Shown: positions 1 through 12,345 of the stretch, piece after piece | Numbering within the stretch: the stretch's first letter is position 1 | How the letters are laid out: each line of letters opens with the position of its first letter | NCBI GenBank assembly: GCA_030390025.1 | Contig: CM059431.1 | Location: 121,212,001-121,276,000 of the forward strand | Length of the DNA stretch: 64,000 nucleotides | Origin: Squalus acanthias | Taxonomy: Eukaryota | Direction: 5' to 3' | Position numbers and translations under genes: made by a program | The notes under the pieces: generated by a model | What the model was told of the DNA's origin: nothing | Database searches by the model: none | The model's input: only the letters and a program-made list of their open reading frames with translations

Positions 1-254
1 GCTGTTGGCGAACTCTAAAAATCTAAAGGTGAGCTTGAAATACTATTTAATTGCCTCTTAACAATGCAGCTATTCATCTAAATTGCCTCCCCGTCGCTTG
101 GTGTCGGGTCTGTTGAGCGATGACAGACCCGACATTTGGGAGACTAGCGTGGAGGCGGGTTGACAGTGGGTTCCCGACCCGCTGTCAAAAAAAAACATTT
201 TTCCAGCTGACCCGCCACCAAACGTGCCCCCTGACCCCCCAAAAAATTCTGACC
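1..254 (-). mobile_element. Terminal part of a non-autonomous Harbinger-type element (family A), cut by the window edge
   Basis: Reverse complement of the left end of the 3990-5765 and 35749 copies (gtcgggtctg...cagacccgaca, cccgctgtcaaaaa); ends in TIR-like aaaattctgacc. Confidence 0.75.
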
Positions 255-294
255 TCTGTTCCTATCTTAGGTGTTAATAACACTTCAAGAACAC

Positions 295-692
295 AGGGCA
301 ACACAGTGGCGTAGTGGTTAGCACTGTTGCCTCACAGCGCCAGGACCCGGGTTCGAATCCGGCCATGGGTGACTGTCTGTGTGGAGTTTGCACATTCTCC
401 CCGTGTCTGCGTGGGTTTGCTCCGGGTGCTCCGGTTTCCTCCCACAGTCCAAAGATGTGCGGGTTAGGTGGAGTTTGCACATTCTCCCCGTGTCTGCGTG
501 GGTTTCCTTTGGGTGCTCCGGTTTCCTCCCACAGTCCAAAGATGTGCGGGTTAGGTTGATTTGGCTATGATAAATTGACCCTTAATATTAGGGGGATTAA
601 ATACGAGGGGTTACGGGGATAGGGTGGGATATGTGTCGGTGCAGGCTCGATGGGCCGAAATGGCCTCTATCTGCACTGTGGGGATTCTGTGA
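295..692 (+). mobile_element. tRNA-derived V-SINE (HE1-like elasmobranch SINE) with internal 87-bp duplication
   Basis: A box tggcgtagtgg, B box ggttcgaatcc, V-domain tggagtttgcacattctccccgtgtctgcgtggg, CR1-like 3' tail (gatgggccgaaatggcct...). Confidence 0.85.
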
Positions 693-1048
693 TCAATGGA
701 AGCTGCTCAATGTCTGAACTTTCGCATGTGTTTCATTATGCTTTTACACTGAACACTTGAAACATTTTCTTTATAAAATAGTGATATGGATTATTATTCT
801 ATGGTCTACTGTTTTTGTCTCCCGTTTTTTTTTTAAACCTTAATTTCAAATAATTAAATCACCACTTTTTATTCCACGTCACTTGCAATTTCTCTCTATT
901 TTTCTAACAATGCCTTTAATGGGAGGCTGGAACTAATGGGTCTGTTCTGCTCCACCAGTGTCAGTCATAATGATCTTCAACATGATTACAGTGCAGGCTC
1001 CAGGGCTAATTTTACAAGCTCTCAGTTCTGCCGCTGGGCTGTCCATCC

Positions 1049-2657
1049 TGTAAAGGGGTTCTGTGGCGCTGCTTGTATCGCAGACGGTGCTGGTGCGGGG
1101 TTAGGCCTTCGTTGCCTAATACTATTGCTTGCTCTGGTCTCCGTCCAGCCTTGTTGCAATAAGCACCTGTGAGTGGTTCGACCCACTCGCCCTTACGGTT
1201 CTAACATTGGACTTAGGTGCGAGAGCAGTAATGCAGAGAAAAACTCAAATAGACCCGGTTGAATAGTACGAAATGGAAATCTTTATTGCATAGCGTCCAA
1301 AATCATGAAGTACATGTCATAGGCACAAATTAATGACAGTACAAGTATACATACATTCATAAAGCTTGGTCTATGGTAATGAAGAACGCACGGCACATCG
1401 TAAAAAGGGGAACACATTATACTTTATCCTTAATAAAACCACCCTCCCCTATTAATACCTACACTACATCTAGATTTGTAGGATCGGGAAACATGCTCAC
1501 CACTCGTGATACTTCGGAGAATTTTAAAGTGAGGCACTCGGCTCGTTTCGCTGCAGCGCCTGACTGTCACGTGTTTTGAGGGGTCTCTGTACGCCACTTG
1601 TTTATCTTTGCTGCTGCGACAAGCAGGCCAGACCGTCTTTTGTCATGAAGAACTCAACAGAACTCGGACACGATTGTAGAATTCAAAGAAGAGTCTTCCT
1701 GTCCCCGACACCGGTTGTCGGGAGACTTCAATGAAAAGTTCTTTCTTGTATTTTCGGGCGCGGTCGGGGTTTACTGACCGTGGCGGCACATGGATTATTC
1801 TTCTTCTCTTGTCATTTCATCTCGTCTCTTCGGGCCTTCGGGTCCGGACACCGTTTACCGACCCTCGGGATGGTGCACCCGGTCACTGGCCTTCGTTGAG
1901 GCGGCTCGTTCCAATTGAGCTCCACCCAACATAGGAGAATAAAAGTTCAGCCCGAGTCAAGAGCAATAAGCTGAGATAAGAGTCGGTTTCAAGCGAATAA
2001 GCCCAGCCGGGAGAATAAGAGAGCGATGTACATTTGTTCACTATAGTTATAGTGCTGTGTTCCCTTATCTCCCGCCCAAATCTTAATGTTTGTCCTTTGT
2101 GTAATACTGGTGCACAAAGCTCCCAGCATGGGGCGGTTGTCTTCTTTAACGGGTTTCGGTAGCACAGAAGCTGGCCAACTACTCGTTAATGTTTTCCCCA
2201 TTGTCGAACCGGCTAGGAGTCTCCCTGACTGGTTTTGGGGCCTCCTCGAATACTGACTTAATCACCCGTGAATGGCTCTCTCATTGTAGAGCCGTGGGGG
2301 TATATGTGTATTGCTGTGTCTGGATGGGCCTTCGATTGCCCAGTACAATGGCCCCTACTTGTGCATGGAAAACGATTCCAGCACTTATATCTTTGCTATT
2401 GTTTCAAATGCAAACAGGTTGTATCCTGTCTTTATCAGTGCTTATCGAGTATTATCCAGTCTTATATTGAAATGTTTATTCGAACGCCATCCTGTCTGCC
2501 CACTGAAATTCTGGAAGCTTCCGCCACGATGCGCGGCGGCCATTTTACAGGCTTCTGTGTCCTTTATAATCATGACAGCATTTTGTTTAAATAAATTGAT
2601 CAAACGAATCTGCTTCTCTCTCGTTATTTTGAATCGCGATAATTGCGAAACTTTACA
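1049..2657 (-). mobile_element. Solo LTR (~1.6 kb) of an endogenous retrovirus-like element
   Basis: TGTAAAG...CTTTACA termini; 4-bp TSD ATCC (1045-1048, 2658-2661); AATAAA on the minus strand at 1282-1287; homologous to 39720-41319 and 60675-62310. Confidence 0.92.
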
Positions 2658-2981
2658 ATCCTGATAGCTCAAGGGCTTTGCACGTGTGCAAGGTCTGTGC
2701 TTTTTTGGACGGAACACCTTGTGGAGCTAGCTGATCTTTGTGACCACATTCCTTAATTGTGACCCACCCACGCCCCACCCCCCAGCTGGAAAGCCAGTGT
2801 GCTGAGAGCGAACATTTGAAATACTCACCTTTCACTGTATCATAGTACACTGAGGTCCTGACATTAGTCAGAACTTGCATTTTACCACTTTGTATCTCTG
2901 CTTCCTTGACCTGCAGTTGTGGTTTTTATGAAACAGTGCTTGAGGTTAAGCTTTTCCATTTGACTTATTTCATATACTTTA

Positions 2982-3699
2982 GGGGTAGAGTTTCCTCTTT
3001 GGGCACAATCTGGAAATTGCACCCAAAATGCACTTGAAATTGCGCTGGTGAGGTTACACGTCAAGTGTTCTGCTAAAATTCAGTTGCATCAAGACAACCA
3101 TAAAATCTTCCACAAACCAGCGCAGTGGGGCAGTGTAATAGAACGTAACGGTTTCAGGTTTCTTTCTTTCCATTAAAAAGTATTCCTTGATGTATTTGTG
3201 AGTGGTAACCTGGTGCAGCTTTATAAATACAGCTGAAAATGGGTTTATCACAAAAAATAAACATTTTTACTGAGGGTGTCCAGTCCTCCACCTGTGAGTA
3301 AACTGATTTAGAATAACTGAAAATGACATTAAAAAACCTATACTGAACCATTTAACAGTTTCATTGGTGTATACTATTTAGTTTTTAAGTAAATTAAATA
3401 TTACTTTTAAAAAAAGCCTGTGCATCTAAGAAAATGAATGCAATTTGAAGCGTCTTCCCGAACCAATGCAATTGGCGGAAACTTACAATTATGACCTGGG
3501 GGGGGGGCGTGACCAGTTTTGTGGGCGGGGCCTAATTCGAGCGGGTTGAATCTTGAACCAGCATAAAAGGTCGTGGAAAACACGAGCGTGAGCGATTTTG
3601 GTCGCAACTCACTTAAAGTTTATAGTTCCCCAATCTTTTGCGCTAGATCGGCAGTTTCCGCCCAGATTGCAATGATATAACAAGCGGAATCGCAACCCC
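2982..3699. mobile_element. MITE with GC-rich ends and AT-rich core
   Basis: Imperfect TIR ggggtagagtttcc / ggaatcgcaacccc, flanked by TA on both sides. Confidence 0.55.
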
Positions 3700-3989
3700 T
3701 ATGTATGCAAGGCCCACACTCATTCATTTCCTTTCAAGGTTGAAGAGTCATGGTTTACTTTTAACCTTTTTTCATAAATCGGTGCTCTCGCCCTCTATCC
3801 ACTATCAAATGGGACACTGAATGCAACAACTGCAGCTGTTGCATCTCAAGGAATCAACTGCACAATCAGACACTGCTGCCACTGCGAACACTAGCCCCAA
3901 TGCAGAGACCACAAGTGCTGATGTACTTTTCAAATGTATATATGAACAAAAGTAAAAGATAATGCTGTGAGTTGAAAAGCAAAAGTACT

Positions 3990-5765
3990 GAGAGGAATTT
4001 CTCGGGGGGTCACTTGGTTTGGTGGTGAGTCGGCTGGGAAAATGTTTTTTTTTGACAGCGGGTAGGTAACCCACTGTCAACCCGCCTCCACATTAGTCTC
4101 CCAGATGTCGGGTCTGTCATCACTGAACAGACCTGACACCAAGTGGCGGGGGAGGAAATTTAGATCATTAGAGAGATTGTTAAGAAGCAATTAACTAGTA
4201 TTTTATGCTTACCTTTAGATGTTTAGAGTTGGCAAATGGCTTCCCCACTGCTCAGGGATCACGTCAAGGTAAGGAGGTCGGGTGTTGCGTCAGCATGTGA
4301 TGATTTCTTAATGTGACAGCTGCAAATGGTCTATAAAAGCTCCCATTTCATAGGTCTTCACTTTCCAAGGTTAGAAGCTGTTGCGTATTGCATTTGGAAG
4401 ACAGATTGAGCTTTATACAGCTAGCAAGTGTTTGGAGCAAACTCTCTATCCAGTGTCGCCTCATTGAAACAACCTCTCTCACCATTGACAGATCGCTTCT
4501 GTCATCTCAACCTCACCTGCCATCTATTCCATCAGCATCGGTGCCCATGAAAAAATCTCACCTTGATCCTCAGAATCCCACCATAAACAACCCCAACACC
4601 AGCAGCACCAGGCACACCAGCAGCACCAACAACACCAACCTTCTTCGCAATCAGTTGGTGCTGCACAGGACACAAGGCATCAGCACTCGACCACATTGCT
4701 GCCTGGGATGCCAGGGATGGCATCACCATAGCCAGATTTACTTCACTTGATGCTGTACACCCTGGCTGCCACATGATGCGCCAGGTTGGCACCACCCCAC
4801 ACCAACACCATAAAGCATTCCTACAATGTCCAAGCCATTTCTTTCACACTCATCGCCATTACGGCGGGGTACCGTTATGTCTCACCATTCACTGCAACTC
4901 ACTAAGCCACTTGCAAAGGTGCACATAAATCTGTCCAAGTGTTGAAAATAAAAATGTAAGTGTTTCACAGCACATTAACAGAAACTTCACATGAACATTA
5001 GCTAAAACACCCAAGTGCCTACCCATGTGTGTTGTTAGTTGGTATGCTTGCAATAGGATGAGGGTGAGTGTGAGGGGTGCCTAGTGAGATGGGGAAGTGG
5101 TATTAGATAGAGAGGGATGGGTGGAGGTGCAAGGTAAGTAGGTGTGAGTAAGGATGTGCAGGAGTAGGGTAGGGAAGGTAGAGTGATGGGGATGTGTTGA
5201 GTGGCACAGCAGGATGAGGTTGAGTTTGGCTTTGCAGTAACATTTCGTGATCTACTGAGATCATTGAAAGGTTTGTGCCACTGCAGCCAGGTGTCATCCC
5301 TGCTTGTGTCCTCCTGTGGAATGTCAACCAGGAGGCATTGGCCTCCTGGGGAGGTCTCTTCTGCCCATGGGAATGGAAGAGGACCTTCCTGCATGCTGTG
5401 ACTCCCTCCATAAGCATATGGAGGGAGTCATGGGAGAGCCTGGCTGCAGCCATGCACCTCTGTGCAGTGCTTGTCAGTGTTTGCAGCACCTCAATGCTGT
5501 AGAACACTGACAGTACAACTGTCAAAATCAATTTGTGCATGGTCCCTTTAAGGAAACCGGCTGATGGCGCGTCATCAAGTGACGTCATCAAGTGACGTCA
5601 TCAGACCCGCTTCCTTCAACTGGCCGGGAAACGCACTGGAAGGGCTTAACAAGCCCAATCAGCATAAAATTATTTTCGCAGAGCGGGATGGAGCCAACAG
5701 TGGGGTCGCACCCCACCACCGAACCCGACCGCACTGGACCTGCCTCGGTAGGCAAAATCGCGGCC
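3990..5765 (+). mobile_element. Non-autonomous PIF/Harbinger element, family A
   Basis: 3-bp TSD ACT; right end aaaatcgcggcc; fused transposase N/C-terminal remnant on + (...HIAAWDARDGITIARFTS*); degenerate Myb/SANT exon on - (~5230-5460); several other copies in the window. Confidence 0.85.
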
Positions 5766-5997
5766 ACTGTGCTTTACATTTTAAATTGGTTACCTGTTCT
5801 CACTCATATATATTATGAATAGTGTAGAAGCTCACAATTCCATTTAATTTAAGCACATACTTTCCCAGAGAGATATGGTTGTCATTAGATTTTGTTTATT
5901 TTCTCTGCGGTTCTATAATTTTGTCATTGGATTGACCTACTTAGCCATTGTAGTTTAAACGGTTGTACATTATTGCTTAATTATTAGACTAGAATCT

Positions 5998-8985
5998 ACA
6001 TAGAAACATAGAAACATAGAAAAATAGGAGCAGGAGTAGGCCATTCGGCCCTTCGAGCCTGCTCCGCCATTCAATATGATCATGGCTAATCCTCTATCTC
6101 AATACCATATTCCCGCTCTCTCCCCATACCCCTTGGTGCCTTTTGTGTCTAGAAATCTATCTATCTCCTACTTAAATATATTCAGTGACTTGGCCTCCAC
6201 AGCCTTCTGTGGTAGAGAATTCCACAGGTTCACCACCCTCTGAGTGAAGAAATTTCTCCTCATCTCAGTCCTAAATGTCCTACCCCGTATCCTGAGACTG
6301 TGACCCCTTGCTCTAGAACCCCCAGCCAGGGGAAACATCCTCCCTGCATCCAGTCTGTCTAGCCCTGTCAGAATTTTATATGTTTCAATGAGATCCCCTC
6401 TCATTCTTCTAAACTCTAGTGAATACAGGCCAAGTCGACCCAATCTCTCCTCATACGACAATCCTGCCATCCCAGGAATCAGTCTGGTGAACATTTGCTG
6501 CACTCCCTCTATGGCAAGTATATCCTTTCTTAGGTAAGGAGACCAAAACTGCACACAGTACTCCAGGTGCGGCCTCACCAAGGCCCTGTATAACTGTAGT
6601 AAGACATCCTTGCTCCTGTACTCAAATCCTCTTGCAATGAAGGCCAACATACCATTTGCCTTCCTAACTGCTTGCTGCACCTGCATGTTTGCTTTCAGTA
6701 ACTGGTGTACAAGGACACCCAGGTCACTCTGTACATCAACATTTCCCAATCTATCACCATTTAAATAATACTGTGCCTTTCTGTTTTTCCTACCGAAGTG
6801 GATAAATCACATTTATCCATGTTATACTGCATCTGCCATGCAGTTGCCCATTCACTCAACTTGTCTAAATTGCCTTGAAGCCTCTTTGCATCCTCCTCAC
6901 AACTCACAGTCCCACCAAGTTTTGTGCCGTCAGCGAACTTGGAAATATTACATTTGGTTCCCTCATCCAAATCATTGATATATATTGTGAATAGTTGGGG
7001 CCCAAGCACTGATCCCTACGGTACCCCACTAGTCACCGCCTGCCACCCTGAAAATGACCCATTTATTCCTACTCTCTGTTTCCTGTCCGTTAACCAATTT
7101 TCAATCCATGCCAATATATTACCCCCAATCCCATGTGCTTTAATTTTGCACACTAAACTCTTATGTGGGACTTTATCAAAGTCCTTCTGAAAATCCAAAT
7201 ACACCACATCCACTGGTTCTCCCTTATTTATTCTACCAGTTACATCCTCAAAAAACTCCAGTAGGTTTGTCAAACATGATTTCCCTTTCATAAATCCATG
7301 TTGACTTTGTCTAATCCCATTGATATTTTCTAAGTGTCCTGTTATCACATCCTTTATAATAGACTTTAGCATTTTCCATATTACTGATGTTAGGCTGTAG
7401 TTCCCTGTTTTCTATCTCCCTCCTTTTTTAAATAGTGTGGTTACATTTGCCACCCTCCAATCTGGAGGAACTGTTCCATAATCTATAGAATTTTGGAAGA
7501 TGACAACCAATGCATCCATTATTTCCATGGCTACCTCTTTTAATACTCTGGGATGCAGATTATCAGGCCCTGGGGATTTATCGGCTTTCAGTCCCATTAA
7601 TTTCTCCAGCACTATTTTTTTACTAATACTAATTTCCTTTAATTGCTCCTTCTCACTAGACCCTTGATTCCCTAGCATTTCTGGGAATTTATTTGCGTCC
7701 TCTTCCATGAAGACAGAACCAAAGTATTTGTTTAATTGCTCAGCCATTTCCTTGTTCCCCATTATAAATTCTCTCATTTCTGACTGTAAAGGATCTATAT
7801 TTGTCTTCACTAATCTTTTTTCTTTTTACATACTTGTAAAATTTATACAGTCCGCTTTTATATTCCTTGCAAGTTTACTCTCATACTCTATTTTTCCCCT
7901 CTTAATCAATCTCTTGGTCCTTTTTTGCTGAACTCTAAACTGCTCCCAATCTTCAGGATTGCTACTTTTTCTGGCAACTTTATATGACTCCTCATTTGAT
8001 CTGATACTATCCTTAATTTCTGTTGTTAGCCATGGTTGGGCCACTTTTCCTTTTGTGTTTTTGCGCCAAAAAGGAATATATAACTGTTGCAATTCATGCA
8101 TTCGTTCCTTAAATGTTAGCCATTGCCTATCCACCGTCATGCCTTTTAATGAAGCTCCCCAATCTATCATTGCCAATTCACTCCTCATACCTTTATAGTT
8201 TCCTTTGTTTAGATTTAGGACCCTAGTTTCAGATTGGACTTCTATACTTTCCATCTTAATGAAGAATTCTATCATGTTATGGTCACTCTTCCCTAAAGGA
8301 CCCCGCACAACAAGATTATTAATAAACCCCTTCTCATTGCACAATACCCAATCTAGGATAGGCTGTTCCCTAGTTGGCTCCTCAACGTACTGGTCTAAAA
8401 AACTATCTCGTCCACACTCCAGGAATTCACCCTTCACAGTATTATTGCTAATTTGGTTTGGCCGGTCTATATGTAGATTAAAGTCACCCATGATTACCGT
8501 AGTACACTTGTTACATGCATCTCTAATTTCCTGTTTGATGCCATCCCCTACATTACCACTACTGTTTGGAGGCCTATAGACAACTCCCACCAATGTGTCC
8601 TGCCCCTTGGTGCTTCTTAGCTCCACCCAGACTGATTCTACATCTTTATTTTCTGAGCCAATATCCTTTCTCACTATTGCTCTGATTTCAGCCTTTACTA
8701 ACAACGCCACCCCTCCTCCTCTTCCTTTTTGCCTATCCTTCCAAATATCAAATATCCTTGGATATTCAGCTCCCAGCCTTGGTCACCCTGCAGCCATATC
8801 TTCGTAATCGCAATTATATCATATCCGTTTACATCTATTTGCGCTGTTAATTCATCTACCTTATTACGAATGCTTCGTGCATTCAGATACAGTGCTTTTA
8901 GATTTGTCTTTTTAACATTTTTAAACATCTTAACATTTGTTTGTACTATGGCTCTATTTGTCTTATTACCATTTTTTCTTACCCA
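5998..8985 (-). mobile_element. CR1 LINE, degraded ORF2 (APE endonuclease + reverse transcriptase)
   Basis: ORF pieces LYLNARSIRNK, VVYRPPNS, MGDFN, SDHNMI, QHGF.KGKSCLTNL, YLDFQK.FDKVPH, KFADGTK; (ATAGAAAC)n 3' tail at 5998-6020. Confidence 0.95.
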
Positions 8986-8989
8986 GACT

Positions 8990-9572
8990 AGGTGTGTGCG
9001 GTGGTCCCGTCTCCAAGAGGCGGGAGAGGCCATTAAAGCCCTTAACAAGCCCTAAATTGGCTCTGTAATGCCATTTTGAAACGTTTTAGCTAGTTTAACC
9101 CTTTTCCCACGTGAAGCACGCCTGATGTGAAACACGCCAGTGAAACCTGGCGGGAGCACAAGTGGATAGCTGACTATCAGCTGCAGGTCCACTATTACAA
9201 CGGAGATATGATGAAGGTAGTAGTAGTATTAGGTCTGAGAGACTGCCTGGCCTTTGCTGTAAGAGGACCTGGATGCAAAAAAAATTCTCTCTCTCTCTCT
9301 CTCATTTTGCATCCAGGTCCTCTCACAGCAAAGGTCAGGCAGTCTCTGAGACCAGGCCGTCTCTTACCTGCAATGCAGCAGCAATGATGACATCATCAGA
9401 GGCGACTTTCAGACTGAAACCACTAATTAGTTCATGGCTTCCCACATGCTGGAACTCAATTGCCCAATTAAGTTAAAATTGCATCAATCTCCCACATCCA
9501 ATTGCAGTCAGGTGGATAACATGAAATGCGGATGACACGACCCCAACCCACCCCAGTATTGAAATCCAGCCC
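8990..9572 (+). mobile_element. Short internally deleted Harbinger derivative related to 18842-22143; left TIR lost
   Basis: Shares left-arm (cccttaacaa..., acacgccagtgaaacctg) and right-arm sequence with 18842-22143; ends gaaatccagccc. Confidence 0.7.
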
Positions 9573-10194
9573 TATTTGTTAGTATCATCACTTAAGCAAA
9601 TATTTAAGTTTAACTAACTTGGCTACAGACGCAAAAGATTAAATTTTTGCTAAATATCTTTCCTTTAATATGATTTTTTGCACTTTCAGCACTGTCAAAC
9701 ACATACAATATTTTAATACAGTTGGGCTCCAAAATTATGTTGTGAGATGCTATCATACAATTGCTTAGCATTTTGTCTGAAATTCATTTCTCTTATATTT
9801 TAGCAGAGGTGTTAACCCATTTATTTTGCATTGGTTAATGCCTGCAGTAAAATAGTGGAGAGAGGAATTTCGAATGAACGCATTAACCACTTGTCCATTA
9901 GCTTCCCACTGCATAATTTCAGCACTTTTAGCTTGAGATAGAATCTGAATGCGTGAAGTTCCTTAATTTTATGACTAACAACCACAACTAATAAAACAAT
10001 ATTAAAAGTTTTCCATTTTTACTTGTGGGTGGTGCAGACACAAAACACCAGCAACAAAATATCTCAAGATTAATTGAAGGATATTTCACCCGCCATGGAG
10101 TTTACAGTAGTCCTTTCTTCAATGTAAAAGCTTTCAATTTGCGAAAGCATGTTGTGCTGGGTGTTCAAGTTATTTTAACAACTAAAAATGATAT

Positions 10195-10345
10195 CATAGA
10201 ATCATACAGCAAAGAAGGAGACCATTCGGCCCATCGTGCCTGTACCGCCTCTTTGAAAGAGTTATCCAATTTGTCCCAAAAGCCTACTCTTTCCCCATAG
10301 CCCTGGAATATTTTCCCCTTCGAGTATTTATCCAGTTCCCTGGAA
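10195..10345 (-). mobile_element. Short old CR1 3'-end fragment
   Basis: catagaatcatacagc...ggagaccattcggcccatcgtgcctg matches a CR1 3' UTR. Confidence 0.6.
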
Positions 10346-10896
10346 TATGTTTTGAGATATTTTCTGACTTCAATAACCATATATTTCCTGGCGCAACTCC
10401 AAGTGCATTGCTAAATTAATTCTAAAACATTAGCTCCGATTTTAACTGAACCTGCCCAACAGGAATGGACGGGCTCAGAAAATTTATGGAGCAGAAAATT
10501 GGACAGAGTGTGAGATGGGCATCCAACCTAAACACGCCCGTTCAAACCGGGGGCTACTGAGTCCAACTGTGGGCACTATTTACACAAGTGTGTCTAGCAA
10601 AATGTTTTTCCCAATATCTTAGAAAATGTATGTGGAACAGATTCCTATTGAAAGTAGTTAATAATATCAGGTTGAAATTGCATTGTGTGATATTAGTAAC
10701 AAAGGTATTAACCCATTTAAAATAAATTGGTTTACATTTATATTAAAATAGTAGACAAAGGAATATCATATGAATGCAGTAATTTGTTCAATACTAATCT
10801 TGCACAGCAATATTAAATGCTATGCTGGGTGAATATCTGATTGAGAAGGAGGTGGAAAGGTTATACGTAATAACATAGATGACTAAATACTCCAAG

Positions 10897-11607
10897 AGAG
10901 GCAAGAAATCTGCGCACCTACCTGATGGTCCTGGACCCACGGAGACTCGCGCTCCTGGGCCTCTACGCGTATGCCTCCGTAGAGGTCCAGGGGCGCAGGG
11001 GGTTTCCAGCACCCCATGGATCACATGGGCCAGCCCAACCAATGAAAGAAGGGGGATCCCCATTCATGCTTATGAGGATTCCCTGCACACAGATTCCCCA
11101 TAACCATGAATGGGGATCACATAAAAAACACATTTACATGCCAAATAAATGTTTAAAAATTACATATTTATAATTAATTAAACAATGTAATTAACAATGT
11201 AATTAAACATTTAAAACAAAAATGTAATTTTCTTAAAAATAAATTTAAATGTTTTAAAGGGGCTAAAAATAACCATAAATTATTTTACAGGTGTTTTAAT
11301 GTTTAAATAAGTGAAAAAAAAAAATTTTTATATTCATTTAAACTCTTACACTGGTAAAAGCAAGCCTTATGCCTGCTTTTACCAGGCGTAAGAATTTCCC
11401 GGGCATTCGATGGGCAGTAGTTGGACAAATAGCCAAACTCTCTGCCCGCGGATGTCCATTTCCCAGGGATGGCTACGATCTGTCAAGAAGACTCTTGACA
11501 GATTGCAAGTTCCGGGTTTCCACGCACGTGCTTCACGCGCGAAAACCCGGAACTTGCAGGGCTCTTACGGGTGCGTATGCACCCGTAGACAGCGGAAAAT
11601 ACGGGCC
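10897..11607. mobile_element. Multi-hairpin MITE related to 55735-56499
   Basis: GC-rich arms, AT-rich core, internal stems at 11350-11384 and 11503-11558, right end gaaaatacgggcc; left boundary uncertain. Confidence 0.55.
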
Positions 11608-11865
11608 ATTAAAATTCCACTCCTGTTCAGACCAAGCAAGTGCCTGCTGTGCAATAAAATCTATTACAGTTCAGTAACTAGACTATGATGTTAGACTCAT
11701 ATGCTGGGATTTATGCTTGATTTTGGTAAAACAACAACACAAGAACAAGGCGTTTGATATATGGGGTCTGTGTGCAAGACAATTAAACCTTAATTTGCTG
11801 GCAAGAGTTAGGAATAGCAGAGTAAAAAGAAACCACAATTGTTGTGTGTTTCATTTTAACTATTT

Positions 11866-12333
11866 CCCTGTGGCTCAGTTTGTAGCACACTCACCTCTTG
11901 AGTCAGAAGGTTATGGGTCTCAAGTCTCACTCCAGGGACTTGAGCACATAAAGCTAGGACTGACACTCCAGTGCAGTGCTGAGGGAGTGCTGCACTGTCA
12001 GAGGTGCTGTCTTTCAGATGAGATGTTAAACTGAGGCCCTGTCTGCTCTCTCAGGTGGACGTAAAAGATCCCATGGCACTATTTTGAAGAAGAGCAGGGG
12101 AGTTAACCCCGGTGTCTTGGTTAATATTTATCCCTCAACCAACATAAAGAAAAAACAGATTATCTGGTCATTATCACATTGCTGTTTGTGGGACCTAGCT
12201 GTGCGCAAATTGGCTGCCGCGTTTCCCACATTACAATAGTAACTCCACTTCAAAAGTACTTCATTGGCTGTAAAGTGATTTGAGACGTCCGGTGGTCGTG
12301 AAAGGCATTATATAAATGCAAGTCTTTTTTTCT
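11866..12333 (+). mobile_element. DeuSINE (SacSINE1-like) tRNA-derived SINE with L2-type tail
   Basis: tRNA head tggctcagtttgtagc; Deu core gctgtctttcagatgagatgttaaactgaggccc...gtaaaagatcccatggcact; tail gtgaaaggcattatataaatgcaagtc. Confidence 0.85.
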
Positions 12334-12345
12334 TTGGAAGGCTTT

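Noticed and set aside
295..365. tRNA gene (also ~11866, ~17957, ~47765)
   Set aside because: These are SINE/LINE heads followed by repeat bodies or are degenerate; none forms a complete cloverleaf with a terminator.
1373..1579. 68-aa ORF shared with 40793-40999 as an LTR-encoded antisense gene
   Set aside because: The similarity is explained by LTR homology; the matching ATG-initiated ORF is not seen in the third LTR.
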